A stretch of 64,000 nucleotides of DNA from Candidatus Babeliales bacterium (GTDB taxonomy: Bacteria > Babelota > Babeliae > Babelales > JANWKD01): the NCBI GenBank assembly GCA_963722255.1, contig CAVRJO010000002.1:192001-256000 (forward strand), read 5' to 3'. Within the stretch, counting starts at the first letter, position 1. Every line of letters starts with the position of its first letter. Position numbers and translations under genes: made by a program. The notes beneath the pieces were generated by a model. It was given only the letters and a program-made list of their open reading frames with translations. It searched no databases and was not told where the DNA came from. Positions 42,728 to 55,178 of this stretch are shown piece after piece.

Positions 42728-43082
42728 TTAAACTTGTAATCCACCTTCTCTTAATCCTTCAGCAAGATTTTACTCTTCCATGAAATAAGATAACTGTCCA
42801 CGATCAAAAACAACTCTTTTAATGCCTTTTTCTAAGCTCGTTTTGCCAATTCAAGACCAACAGCATTAGCAATATCTGTCTTATTACCAGAAAGATTCTT
42901 AAGTTCTAATGAAGAACAACTTACCAATGGTTTGATCCTTAGCATCATCAATAAGTTGGGCATAAATATGATTTAGACTTCTAAAAACAGAAACTCTTGG
43001 TAATTTACCAGGATTTTAATCTACTTCTAACACGCAATTGACGTCGTTTTAGTTCTTTGTTTAATACCTTTTTTAATGACAC
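42728..43082 (-). CDS. rplR: 50S ribosomal protein L18 (indels)
   Basis: [30 protein letters not shown]. Confidence 0.88.
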
Positions 43083-43098
43083 GTTAAATACTCATCTC

Positions 43099-43642
43099 TT
43101 ATGCAGATTTTGTTTTACCAGCTTTACGCAATATAACTTCACCTTCTATATTTAATACCTGTACCTTTATAAGGCTCTGGCGGTCTTAATGCTCGAATTT
43201 TACTAGCAAACAAAACCAACTGCTTCTTTATCCATACCTTTTACTGTAATAAGTTGGCCTGTTTTATCAATTTCAATCGTAATCCCTTGAGGCAATATCA
43301 AAATCAATTTTATGACTAAACCAAAGAAAAAACAATTTTACTTCCGGTAGAATGCAGCTTTAAACCCAATCCATTAATTGATAACTTTTTGCTCAAAACC
43401 GTCTGAAACACCTTTAAGTTCATTAGCCAACAAAGCTCGATGCAAACCCCATAACACATTGTTTTCTCGAGCGTTCTATCTTCACATACAATTTTAATTG
43501 TTGATCGGTTAGTTCTGCTTTAAGAACAGCTGGAAGAACATGGACTCTGAACCCTTTTTCCCTTTGTAAGCTGTACTTCTTGTCCTTTAATCTCAATTTG
43601 TACATTATTACGATCTATTGGTTTTCTTCCAATCTTTGACAT
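43099..43642 (-). CDS. rplF: 50S ribosomal protein L6 (indels)
   Basis: MSKIGRKPI; RPPEPYKGTGIKY; RKAGKT. Confidence 0.9.
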
Positions 43643-43651
43643 ACTTTACCT

Positions 43652-44047
43652 TTACCAAACTGAACAAATTACTTCGCCACCAACAGACAATTCTTTAGCT
43701 TTTTTATCAGTCATAATCCCTTTATTTGTAGATAATACGGAAATCCCTAATTCACCAATAACCGGAAATAGTCTACCTGATTTGCATAAATACGTCTCCC
43801 TGGTTTACTTATTCTTGTAATTTCATGAATAACAGATTCACCATCAACATATTTAAAAAAACTTTAATCATTTTTTTTGATGTATCTTCTTCCATCACAG
43901 TAAAACTCTTTAATAAAGCCTTCTTCTTTCAAAATTTTTGCAATTTCTAACTTAATCTATAGAATAAGGAACTACTACTGAACGTTTAGATACCATTAAT
44001 CCATTGCGAATAATTGTTAAAAAATCTCCAATAGCATCAATTGACAT
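43652..44047 (-). CDS. rpsH: 30S ribosomal protein S8 (indels)
   Basis: [51 protein letters not shown]. Confidence 0.9.
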
Positions 44048-44064
44048 TATTTCCTTCCTACAAT

Positions 44065-44250
44065 TTACCAACTAGTTTTCTTAACACCAGGAAGAACACC
44101 TGCTAAAGCAAGTTTTCTAAAACAAAGACGACACATCATAAAAAATCTCATATAACCACGCGGTCTTCCACAAAGCTTACATCTATTTCTTTGTCTAACA
44201 GAAAATTTTGGTGTTCTATTAGCTTTTTCAATCATTGCTTTTCTTGCCAT
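44065..44250 (-). CDS. rpsZ: 30S ribosomal protein S14, zinc-binding type
   Basis: [11 protein letters not shown]...MCRLCFR...PGVKKTSW. Confidence 0.93.
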   Translation of the reverse strand: MARKAMIEKANRTPKFSVRQRNRCKLCGRPRGYMRFFMMCRLCFRKLALAGVLPGVKKTSW

Positions 44251-44268
44251 TGCTCTACCTTCTATTTC

Positions 44269-44814
44269 TTAATTTTTTTAAACGGCATACCAAATCCTTT
44301 CAGCAATTCTAGTGCATAAGTCATCTTTGCCAGCAGTAGTATGAATGGTAATATTTAACCCATGTACATTTTCAAAAGAACTTTTTTCTGCTTCAGGGAA
44401 AATAGTCCATTCTTTTATTCCAAGATTATAGTTTCCACGACCATCAATCTTTAAAGATACCCTTGAAAATCTCTGACATTAGGCAATGACAAATTAATGA
44501 GCTTATCAAGAAAATTATACATGTTATCACTACGTAAGGTAACCATAACACCAATAGGCATGCCTTCACGAATCTTAAAACCTGCAATAGATTTCTTGGC
44601 AATAGTTCTCACTGGTGCTTGACCAGCAATTTTTTCAATAACATCAGCAACAATTTTTAAAACTTTACTATCAGCAACAGCTTCTTTCACCCCAACATTA
44701 AGAACAATTTTTGAAAGTTTGGGAACTTCCATAATATTATTTAATTCCCAATTTTGTTTTTAATTCAGGACGAATTTTTTTATTATATAGTTCTTCTAAA
44801 CGAGATTTTTCCAT
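44269..44814 (-). CDS. rplE: 50S ribosomal protein L5 (indels)
   Basis: [45 protein letters not shown]. Confidence 0.93.
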
Positions 44815-44823
44815 TAAATATCC

Positions 44824-45150
44824 TTAATAATCAAAAAACTTCTTCACAACGATTACACATACGTGCTTTTTTATCCTTCAACCACTGTTGCATTTAAACG
44901 ACATGGTTTTTTACAAGAAGCACATATGGCATTACTTTAGAAACATCAATAATATCTTTCTTCTTTTTTAATAGCAGAAACTTCACCTTGTTTACGTGCT
45001 TTTGCATGCCGTAGCAACAAGACCAAGTCCTTGAATTCTTACTTTATTAACTTTACCTTTTTTTGATAAAACATCAATAACCTAACCTTGTTTATCTTTT
45101 TCTTTTCCTGAGATAACCACAACCGTATCATTTTTTTTTATACGCATCAT
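44824..45150 (-). CDS. rplX: 50S ribosomal protein L24 (indels)
   Basis: RIKKNDTVVVISGKEKDKQG; IDVSKV; position between rplN and rplE. Confidence 0.85.
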
Positions 45151-45165
45151 GTCATAAGCAAACCT

Positions 45166-45558
45166 CTTATAAAACTTCTGGTGCTAAAGAAAAATTTTTG
45201 AATAGCCTATCTCGTAATTCACGGCAACAGGACCAAAAATACGTGTTCCAATCGGTTCTGCTTCACCCTTTTATCATTTTTTCAAAATCACAGCAGCATT
45301 TTCACCAAAACGAATATAGCTGCCATCTTCCGTCGATATTCTTTTACTGTTCTCACAATAACCGCATCTAACAACTTCTTTCTTTTTTACCATTCCACCC
45401 GGAATTGCATCTTTTAACTGAAACAATTAACTATATCACCAATGTATGCAAAACGTTTTCCGGTACTACCTACCATTTGAATTCATTACACGAATTACCA
45501 TTACTTTTATGCACCTGAATTATCTGCAACTTCTACAACATGATTGTTCTTGTATCAT
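45166..45558 (-). CDS. rplN: 50S ribosomal protein L14 (indels)
   Basis: MIQ...VADNSGA; YIRFGENAAV; PIGTRIFGPV; SLAPEVL. Confidence 0.9.
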
Positions 45559-45570
45559 AATTATCTCCTC

Positions 45571-45845
45571 TTATCCTTGCACGATGCTTAACGACGCGAG
45601 ATAAGTACATATATTTTGTTTTTGAAACAGGACGACCTTCATAAAACTTCAACAATATCCCCAATTTTAGCTTGTTCATTTTCATCATGAACTTTATATT
45701 TTTTAATAGAATTCACAACTTTATGCAATAATGGCTCTTTGAAAGTTCGCTTCACTTTAACAACTATTGTTTTATCCATTTTATCAGAAACAACTTCTCC
45801 GACAATCGGTTTTTTAATTTTATCTGCTTTTTGATTAGCAACCAT
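45571..45845 (-). CDS. rpsQ: 30S ribosomal protein S17 (indel)
   Basis: [29 protein letters not shown]. Confidence 0.92.
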
Positions 45846-45860
45846 TTGATTACCTTCATA

Positions 45861-46065
45861 TTATCGGACATTTATTCTTTTGATTCAAATACGTTAATGC
45901 TCGCGCAATATTTTTCTTTAATTTTGTTAAATTGAGAATAATCTTTAACATGCGTTGTAGCAACATTAAGTTTCAAACCAAAAAGTTCTTGTCTATAATG
46001 CTTCAACTTTTTCTTTGAAGTTGTTCTATGCTCATAGTCTTTAATTCATTTTTTTCTTTATTCAT
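45861..46065 (-). CDS. rpmC: 50S ribosomal protein L29 (indels)
   Basis: ELFGLKLN; LRKNIARALT; position between rplP and rpsQ. Confidence 0.8.
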
Positions 46066-46477
46066 GCTCTTCTGCTCTCTTTACAATTTTAGTTTTCATC
46101 GGAAGCTTATAAGCTGCAAGTCGAAGAACATCTTTAGCTTCTTGTTCAGCTAAGCCCTTCAATTTCACAAATAACACGACCACGTTTTACAACAGCAACC
46201 CAAAATTCAGGATTACCTTTACCTTTACCCATACGAGTTTCAGCAGGTTTTTTGGTAACTGGTTTATCAGGAAAAACACGTAAAAACAATTTGCCAACTT
46301 TTTTCAATTACGTGAAATAGTAACACGCATTGCTTCAATTTGCTGAGCAGTAAGCCATGCAGGTTCAACTGCTTGTAAGCCCATAATCACCAAACGCAAC
46401 ATCACGAGCACCTTTAGAAAGACCTTTACGGTTCCTCTTTGAACTTTTCTATATTTAGTTTTTTTTGGCATTAACAT
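46062..46477 (-). CDS. rplP: 50S ribosomal protein L16 (indels)
   Basis: [40 protein letters not shown]. Confidence 0.92.
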
Positions 46478-46499
46478 GATTTATATTCTTTCAACAATA

Positions 46500-47135
46500 T
46501 TAAACTAATTGGATATTCACCTTTACAAATCCATACTTTAACACCAATAATACCATAGGTAGTTATTGCTTCAGCAAATCCATAATCAATATCTGAACGT
46601 AAGGTATGCAAAGGAATTGAACCAACACGATACCATTCATCACGTGCAATTTCTGCACCACCTAAACGTCCTGCACAGCAAATTTTAACCCCTTTAGCAC
46701 CACTACGAATAGATGAAGCAGCTGCTCGTTTCATAGCTTTTTTAAAACTTGCTCGTTTTTCTAACTGATCTGCAATATTTTTAGCAACTAATGTAGCATC
46801 TAGTTCAGGACTTTTAACTTCTTGAACAGAAACTTCAACATTTGCACGATTTAAGAAGTTTAGCTAATTCTTTACGCAAGGTATCAATTTCTTGTCCTTT
46901 TTTACCAATAACAACACCAGGACGAGCAGAATGAATAATAACTTCGAACATTTTCACCAGCTTTTTCAATTTCAATACGTAGCAATTTCAGCAGTTTCAA
47001 GAACTTCTTCTAAAATTTTCTAATTTTTAAATCTTCAAGAACCTGCATTCCATACGATTTTCTTGCAAACCAACGAGCATCCCAATCGCGATAAACACCC
47101 AAACGAAATCCTATTGGATTAACCTTTTGTCCCAC
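46500..47135 (-). CDS. rpsC: 30S ribosomal protein S3 (indels)
   Basis: [55 protein letters not shown]. Confidence 0.93.
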
Positions 47136-47137
47136 AC

Positions 47138-47484
47138 TATACCTCTTTAGCTTTCTAAAGTTACATCTTAATATGACTAAATCGTTTTCGTTAAAACAGT
47201 TGGCCGACCCATAGCACCTGGTTTAAAATACCGAAATATAGGACCTTGATCAACACGAAAATCTTTAATAACAAGATTTTCAGTTCAATACATTACTTAT
47301 ATTCTTTGCATTTGCAACAGCAGACTTCAAGCACCTTTTCTATAGGCTTCTGACACGTTGTGACCGAATAAGTTGCAAGCCAATTAAAAGCATACTGAGC
47401 ATTTTTTCCCCGTAATAACATCAACCAATGGTCGTAATTTATAAGGCGAATAATGTATATATTTGCTTTAGCTATAAATTGCAT
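47138..47484 (-). CDS. rplV: 50S ribosomal protein L22 (indels)
   Basis: SPYK; KSAVANA; VDQGP...PGAMGR; SHI read across frames. Confidence 0.85.
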
Positions 47485-47515
47485 TTTTATCCTTAATTAT
47501 GTATATTAAGCAGGA

Positions 47516-47800
47516 CTAGTTCCTTCGCAACCCAGCTTTTCGTTGACCACTATGCAATCTAAATGTTCTGGTTGGAGCAAATTCACCAAGATAATGTCCA
47601 ACCATATTTTCTGTAACAAACACTGGAATAAATTTTTTCCCATTATGTACAGCAATAGTCAACCCAACAAAATCAGGTATAACCATACTTCCGCGAGACC
47701 ATGTTTTAATAACTTCTCTTTTACCACTTGCTTTTAAACGTTCAACTTTTTCTAAGAAGCGATTCAGCAACAAAAGGACCTTTTTTGTTGATCTTGCCAT
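47516..47800 (-). CDS. rpsS: 30S ribosomal protein S19
   Basis: [35 protein letters not shown]. Confidence 0.93.
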   Translation of the reverse strand: MARSTKKVLLLLNRFLEKVERLKASGKREVIKTWSRGSMVIPDFVGLTIAVHNGKKFIPVFVTENMVGHYLGEFAPTRTFRLHSGQRKAGLRRN

Positions 47801-47826
47801 ATTTTATTTATCTTTCTCAATCACAT

Positions 47827-48651
47827 TATTTTCTTCGTTTTCAAAATCAATGGATTTTTACGCTTACTTGTTCGTGTATCCTTTAGCACCTTTACCCCAT
47901 GGACTTTACTGGATGAGAACCAGATTTAGAACGACCTTCACCACCACCATGTGGGTGATCAACTGGGTTCATAGCCATACCACGAACTGTTGGTCTAATT
48001 CCCATATGACGCGATACTACCTGCTTTACCAATACAATATTCTTATAATCAGCATTACCCAAGAGTACCGACGGTAGCCCAACAATCCAAGGTGTAACAA
48101 TTCGAATTTCACCAGAAGGCATTTTTAAAGTTGCATACTCATCTGTTTTAGCCATAATCTGAACTGAAGTTCCAGCACTACGAGCAAATGTACCACCTGA
48201 ATTCTGGACTAATTTCAACATTATGAACCGTAAAACCAACTGGAATATTACGCAAAGGCAAACGAATTTCCGACTTTAGCTTCAGCATCAGCTGCATGCC
48301 AATATCGTATTACCAACTTTTAAACCTTCAGGCATCAAAATATATCTTTTAGCACCATTTTTAAAAACAACTAACGCAATATGAACATTACGATTTGGAT
48401 CATATTCAACAGCAGTAACTTTTCCTTCAACATCTCGATCAAGTACGTTAAAATCAATCATGCGATATTTTCTTGCAGCACCACCACCACGATGACGACG
48501 TTGTAATACGTCCATAAGCATTTCGTCCGCCCGTTTTTTTCAACCCGATAACAAGAGATTTTTCAGGACTTTTTTTTGTTAAGTCACTTGAATCGATAAA
48601 TGTTTGAAAACGTAAAGAAGCACTTCTTGGTTTTCTACTAATAATTGCCAT
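47827..48651 (-). CDS. rplB: 50S ribosomal protein L2 (indels)
   Basis: GGRNAYGRIT; EYDPNRN; ARSAGT; RPTVRGMAMNPVDHPHGGGEGR. Confidence 0.94.
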
Positions 48652-48666
48652 TATATATCCTTAAAA

Positions 48667-49025
48667 TCACTCTCGTGTTGTTTCGGTATCATTGGAAGCA
48701 GCATTGTTCCCATAACTAATCCTCCTGATACTAACTGTGCTAGTGTATCAAAAGATTGAGAATCTTTCAATGTGACAATTGCTTGCTTAATTAACGGACC
48801 TTATGATTTCACTCTTTTAAAAACTACGATTCTTACCTTTACGATCGTTAATATTAACGTTTTTAACTTTTACATTAAAAAGCTTTTCAAGGGCTTCCTT
48901 AACTAAAGCTTTATTTGCTTCAGGATGCAACTTCAAAAGTAATTTTTTGCTAATTTATTAATACGATCTGAAGCTTTTTCAGTAACAACAGGGCGTCGTA
49001 TAATAGTCATAAATTTTAAAGCCAT
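48667..49025 (-). CDS. rplW: 50S ribosomal protein L23 (indels)
   Basis: RPVVTEK; ANKALVKEALEKLFNVKVKNVN; KQAIVTL. Confidence 0.85.
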
Positions 49026-49677
49026 TTTGAAACCATTTCTTTAAAAACATGGTAAATCTTTTTGCAAAACAATCCAATGCTTACCATTCATCAAATCAAA
49101 TGCATTTAGCTTCATCAAATAATAACAACCTGGACATTAGGAATATTTATAAAAGAAGAATACACTAAAACATCATCCAAAGAAACAAATAGAACAACCT
49201 TTGTTATGAGCTAAATTAGCTTGTTTTAAAAGGTTATATGCATATGAAGTTTTAGGAGCATTATCCATCGAAATGCCCAAGGCAAAGATAAATCTTTCCC
49301 TTATCCAAATAATCACATACAGATATATTAAAAATACCACTGTCTTAGCTTTTTTGATACTTTTAAGCATTCTTACACGTGGTTGTGGTCCAAAAATCAC
49401 ACCACCACCTCGCCATAACGGAGATCGAGCTGACCCTGCACGTGCTCTACCTGTACCTTTTTGCTTCCAAGGTTTTCTGTTAGAGAAACTAACATCAGAT
49501 CTGCCTTTACAGCCAACAGTTCCTTGACGCCAATTTTGCAAAAGCTGACGAATATAAATAGCAAACACCAGCTGAAGCAATTTCTCTTTGTTGAATCTCA
49601 AATCCTAAGTCATTGCGTGTTAAAGCTGCACCGTTTAAGTCGCTTGAGTATTATTTGTTATTTTTCTGAGCAGACAT
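49016..49677 (-). CDS. rplD: 50S ribosomal protein L4 (indels)
   Basis: WRQGT...[33 protein letters not shown]. Confidence 0.92.
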
Positions 49678-49684
49678 CGTTTAC

Positions 49685-50311
49685 CTACACTTTTCGCATG
49701 AATACTAATGAACCAGATCTGCCAGGAACAGATCCCTTAATCAAAACAACATGTGCTTCCGGTTCAATTCTAATACCTTAAGATTTCGCATCACTCGTTG
49801 TACATCACCCATATGACCAGGCAGTTTCTTACCCTTAATAACACGTACCTTGAGATCTCATAAAACTCAATGATCCTGGAATTCTACCAAAGCGTGGACC
49901 GTGACTTGCGCGACCACCTGTGAAATCCATGACGTTTAACAACACCTTGAAATCCATGTCCCTTAGTTGTTCCAAACACATCAACAGTTATCACCAATTT
50001 GTAAACAGAGAACAAAATCAACTGGTTGCCCAACTACTGCATCTTTCGATATTTTCATGAGTATCAATTTCTCTTAATGCATAAAAATAATGCATTTGGC
50101 TTTTTTAACCCAATCATTTGAAAATTGCTTACCTGCATATTTTTTTCTGACAAGACCAATTTGCACAGCATCATAGCCATCTTTTTCTTTAGATTTAAAT
50201 TGAGTAACAACCCAATTATTCAACATCAATAACAGTAACAGGAACAACTTTATCGTTTTCAGAAAAAACTTGAGTCATTCCGATTTTTTTACCCAAAATA
50301 CCTTTTAACAT
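49685..50311 (-). CDS. rplC: 50S ribosomal protein L3 (indels)
   Basis: [51 protein letters not shown]. Confidence 0.92.
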
Positions 50312-50329
50312 TGAAATACCTTTCTGATT

Positions 50330-50635
50330 CTATTTAATTTCTACATCAACACCAGATGATATATTCAATTTCATAAGAGCGTCCATAGTTTGATCTGAAG
50401 GAGAAACAATATCCAAAATACGTTTATGCGTAGTCAACTCAAATTGCTCCCGTGATTTTTTATCAACATGAGGTGATCTTAAAACAGTAAAGCATCGCTT
50501 TTTATTAGGCAAAGGAACAGGCCCCATAACTTCGGAGCCTGTTCTTTTTGCTGTCAAAACAATTTGTTTCACTGCTTTATCAAGCAATTGATGATCATAC
50601 GATTTCAAAGTTAAGCGAATTTTTTGTTTTTTCAT
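50330..50635 (-). CDS. rpsJ: 30S ribosomal protein S10
   Basis: [31 protein letters not shown]. Confidence 0.96.
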   Translation of the reverse strand: MKKQKIRLTLKSYDHQLLDKAVKQIVLTAKRTGSEVMGPVPLPNKKRCFTVLRSPHVDKKSREQFELTTHKRILDIVSPSDQTMDALMKLNISSGVDVEIK

Positions 50636-50650
50636 TACAGTTCCATTAAC

Positions 50651-51849
50651 CTATTTACTTTAATAATTTCAGTTACAACACCAGATCCAACAGTTCTACC
50701 ACCTTCACGAATAGCAAAATGTAAATCTTTTTCCATTGCAATTGGTGCAATCAAATCAACAGTCAAGTCAACGTTATCACCAGGCATAACCATTTCACGT
50801 CCTCAGTCTAAAGTTACAATACCAGTAACGTCTGTTGTTCTGAAATAGAATTGCGGACGATAGCCATTAAAGAATGGACTATGACGTCCACCTTCATCTT
50901 TAGACAAGAATGTAAACTTCACATTTGAATTTTTTATGAGGGTTACAGTACCTGGTTTTGCAATAACCATACCACGTTCAATATCTTCTTTTTTAACACC
51001 ACGAAGAGAAGACCCAACGTTATCGCCAGCTTGACCTTCTTTAAGTTCTTTTTTAAACATTTCAACGCCGGTAACCGTTGTTTTGATGTTATTACCAAAA
51101 CCAACAATTTCAACTTCTTCACCAACTTTAACTTTACCACGTTCAATACGACCAGTAGCAACAGTACCACGTCCAGAAATAGAGAATACACCTTCAACTG
51201 CCATCAAGAATGGTTTATCAATTTCACGAATTGGTTCAGGAATATAGGTATCAACAGCTTCCATCAATTTTATGAATAGCCTGGTTCACCAATTTCACTT
51301 TTATCGCCTTTTAATGCTTTAAGAGCTGAACCACGAATAAAAGGAATTTTATCACCAGGGAAATCATATTTTGTTAAAAGATCTCTGATTTCTTCTTCAA
51401 CCATATCCACCATTTCAGGGTCATCAACCATGTCAATTTTATTTAAGAAAGACAACAAATGAAGGAACGCCAACATTTTTTGCAAGCAAGATATGTTCAC
51501 GAGTTTGAGGCATAGCACCATCAGCTGCAGAAACAACCAAAATTGCACCATCCATTTGTGCTGCACCGGTGATCATGTTTTTTACATAGTCAGCGTGACC
51601 AGGACAGTCAACGTGCGCATAGTGACGTTTTTCTGTTTCATATTCAACGTGTGATGTAGCAATAGTAATACCACGAGCTTTTTCTTCAGGCGCATTATCA
51701 ATTTGATCATACGCTCTGGCTTGTGCCAAACCTTTTTCTGCTAATACTTTAGTAATAGCAGCGGTTAACGTTGTTTTACCATGGTCAACGTGACCAATAG
51801 TACCAATATTAACATGTGGTTTTTTACGTTCAAAAATTTCTTTTGCCAT
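50651..51849 (-). CDS. tuf: Elongation factor Tu (indels)
   Basis: [54 protein letters not shown]. Confidence 0.96.
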
Positions 51850-51889
51850 TGTAATTTCTCCTAACAACCGTTTTACAATTAATTAAACA

Positions 51890-53965
51890 CTATTTCTTTT
51901 CAACAATCTTCTTCTTGGACATTCTTTGGAACTTCTCTATAACACTCAAATTCCATAGAATAACTCGCACGACCTTTAGTCATAGAACGTAATGCAGTTG
52001 CATAGCCAAGCATTTCCTCTAATGGTACTTCTGCAGCAATAACTTGAGCTGCCACCCTTTGCTTCCATTCCCAAGATTCTTCCTCTTCGAGAGTTAAATC
52101 GCCCATCACATCACCCATATATTCATCAGGTGTATCAACTTCAACCTTCATAATAGGCTCTAAAAGAACCGGAGATGCTTTTGACATACCAGCTTTAAAT
52201 GCCATGGATGCCAGCAATTTTAAATGCCATTTCAGAAGAGTCGACATCATGATATGAACCATCTGTTAATGTAACCTTTAACATCAACAACAGGATATCC
52301 ACCCAAAACACCAGCTGTAAGTGCTTCTTTAATACCTTTTTCAATGCCGGGAATAAATTCTCTAGGAATAGTACCACCAACAATTTTATCTTCAAAGATA
52401 AATCCTTTACCGCGTTCTAAAGGCTCAAGATTCAACCAAACATGTCCATATTGACCTTTACCACCAGATTGCTTAATATATTTACCTTCAGATTCAACTG
52501 GCTTTTGAATAGTTTCTTTATAGGCAACTTGCAATTTACCTTGAGCAACTTCAACTTTATGTTCTCGCTTTAAGCGATCAACAACAATTTCAAGATGCAA
52601 CTCACCCATTCCTGAAATAACTGTTTGAGCTGTTTCTTGATCATATGAGAATCTAAACGAAGGATCTTCTTGCATCATTTTTCGTAATGCAATCACCATT
52701 TTTTCATGGTCAGCCTTTATTTTTAGGCTCAATGGAAGTAGAAATAACTGGATGCAGGGATATCAATTGATTCAAGCAATAATGGATGACCTTCTTCAGC
52801 ACAAGAGTATTTCCCGTAATAACATCTTTAATACCCACAACTGCAGCAATATCGCCCGCTTCAGCTGATGCAATTTCTTCTCGCTTATTAGCATGCATCT
52901 TAACAAAACGGCTTACTCGTTCTTTATTGCCAGTACTTGCATTATAACATATGACCCAGATTTAACTTCTCCAGAATAAACACGAATAAAGGTAAGAACT
53001 CCAACAAAAGGATCTGTCATAATCTTAAATGCTAAAGCACAAAAAGGAGCTTTAGGATCAGCAGCTTCTCGTTTCTTCTTTATTTGTTTGAGGATTGATG
53101 CCTACAACAGGAGGAATATCAAGTGGCGAAGGCAAGATAATCAACAACACCATCAAGCATTAATTGAACACCTTTATTTTTAAAAGCAGTTCCAGCAAAA
53201 TGCCAATGCAATTTGACGTTTTAATCGTACCTTTACGCAATGCTGCTTTTATTTCTGGAATTGAAATTTCTTCTTCATTTAAATATTTTTCAGCTAAAAC
53301 ATCATCAAAATCGCAAGCTTTTTCAACAAGCTTATTACGTAAATCTTCTACTTGATCAACATATTCTGCAGGAACATCATGCCATGTAACAGCAATCCCT
53401 TGATCACCACCAAAAATTGCCATTTTGCGCGTCAACAAATCAATAATACCCGATAAAATTTTCTGATTCACCAACAGGAAGTTGCGCTGCAACAGCATTA
53501 ACCTTCAATTTTTCATTGATATCATCTAACAACACGAAGATAATTACCACCAATACGATCAAGCTTATTAACAAAAATAATTCTTGGAACACCATAACGA
53601 TTTGCTTGGCGCCAAACCGTTTCAGATTGAGGCTGAACTCCGGCAACCCCACAAAAAACACCGACCATCCCATCAAGCACACGCAAAGAACGACCCACTT
53701 CAATAGTAAAGTCTACGTGACCTGGCGTATCAATAATATTAATGGTAGTGTCTTTCCATTCACAAGTTGTTGCAGCAGATTGAATCGTAATACCACGCTC
53801 ACGCTCTTGCTCCATCCAATCCATGACCGTTTCACCTTCATGAACTTCACCAATCTTATGCGTTACGCCGGTATAAAACAAAATTCGTTCTGTTACGGTG
53901 GTTTTACCTGCATCAATATGAGCAGCAATACCTATATTTCTTAATTTTTCGAGCTTTGAACTCAT
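51890..53965 (-). CDS. fusA: Elongation factor G (indels)
   Basis: [58 protein letters not shown]. Confidence 0.96.
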
Positions 53966-53979
53966 CAGATTCCTTTATA

Positions 53980-54464
53980 TTACCATGCATAATGAGAGAA
54001 TGCTCTGTTAGCTTCTGCCATTCTATGGACTTCAATTTTCTTTTTGATTGCGTTACCACGACCTTCAACAGCTCGCTTAACTCATTTGCTAATCTCATGC
54101 CCATCGTTTTATCAGTTCTTGATTTTGCAGCATCGATCAACCAACGAATGGCAAGAGCACGCTGCTCTTTCAGGGCGAACTTCCATAGGTATCTGATACA
54201 CACTACCACCTACACGTCGAGGACGAACTTCAACTGCTGGGATCAATTGCTCAAATGCTTTATAAAATGCATTAAGGCCTTTATTTTGTATCTCCGCCAT
54301 TTCTTTTTATTAGAACATCAATAGCTTCATACACAATTCTACGAGCAACATTTTTCTTACCACGCCACATAATTACATTAATAAGCTTTTGTACCAACTC
54401 TGATCCAAAACGCTCATCAGGCAGTAATTTCTCTTTTATAGCTGACAGCTTTACGCCTTGACAT
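53980..54464 (-). CDS. rpsG: 30S ribosomal protein S7 (indels)
   Basis: [45 protein letters not shown]. Confidence 0.93.
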
Positions 54465-54486
54465 AATTCAGTTCCTCAATTATTTT

Positions 54487-54867
54487 TTAGGATTTTTTTG
54501 GTTTTTTTGCACCATACAATGAACGACCTTGCTTTCTATTTTCAACACCAGCTGTATCCAAGGCTCCACGAACAATATGATATTTTACACCTGGTAAATC
54601 TTTAACCTTTCCACCACGAACCAAAACCACAGAGTGCTCTTGCAAGTTATGACCTTCTCCTGGAATATACGCGGTCACTTCAGCTCCTGTTGAAAGTTTT
54701 ACACGAGCTACTTTTCGAAGTGCTGAGTTTGGTTTTCTGGGGGTCATTGTTTTTACTTGCAAACATACGCCACGAGCTTGAGGAGCACCTTTTAGGGCTG
54801 GACTCTTGGTTTTAAAAAGATGTTTTTTTGTGCGCCCTTTACGAGCAAGTTGTGTCACGGTAGGCAT
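54487..54867 (-). CDS. rpsL: 30S ribosomal protein S12
   Basis: [36 protein letters not shown]. Confidence 0.97.
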   Translation of the reverse strand: MPTVTQLARKGRTKKHLFKTKSPALKGAPQARGVCLQVKTMTPRKPNSALRKVARVKLSTGAEVTAYIPGEGHNLQEHSVVLVRGGKVKDLPGVKYHIVRGALDTAGVENRKQGRSLYGAKKPKKS

Positions 54868-55178
54868 AATTAAAAATTCCTAAATTAAATTGAAATTGAA
54901 CTAAAAATACTCATGTGTTTTATCGCCTGTTACCTGAATCTTGTTGATGAATCATATAGGAGGATGAGTTTATTTTAACCTTTTTATTAATTTTTTCAAG
55001 TGGAATTGAAAAAAGGTTTTTTATTACAGAGAAAGAATCTCTCTTGTAGCAGTGCCAAAAAATTAAACCTGGAATTTTTACCCGGGACTATGTTTACATA
55101 AATCCCTTCTTACATTACTCTAAATTTGCAATCCAATACGTAAAAATTCATATTAACAGATCTTTTGTAGGAGTATTT

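Noticed and set aside
36019..54464. Mass pseudogenisation or programmed frameshifting of ribosomal genes
   Set aside because: Amino-acid motifs remain highly conserved, the genes are essential, and the indels are irregular; sequence error is far more parsimonious.
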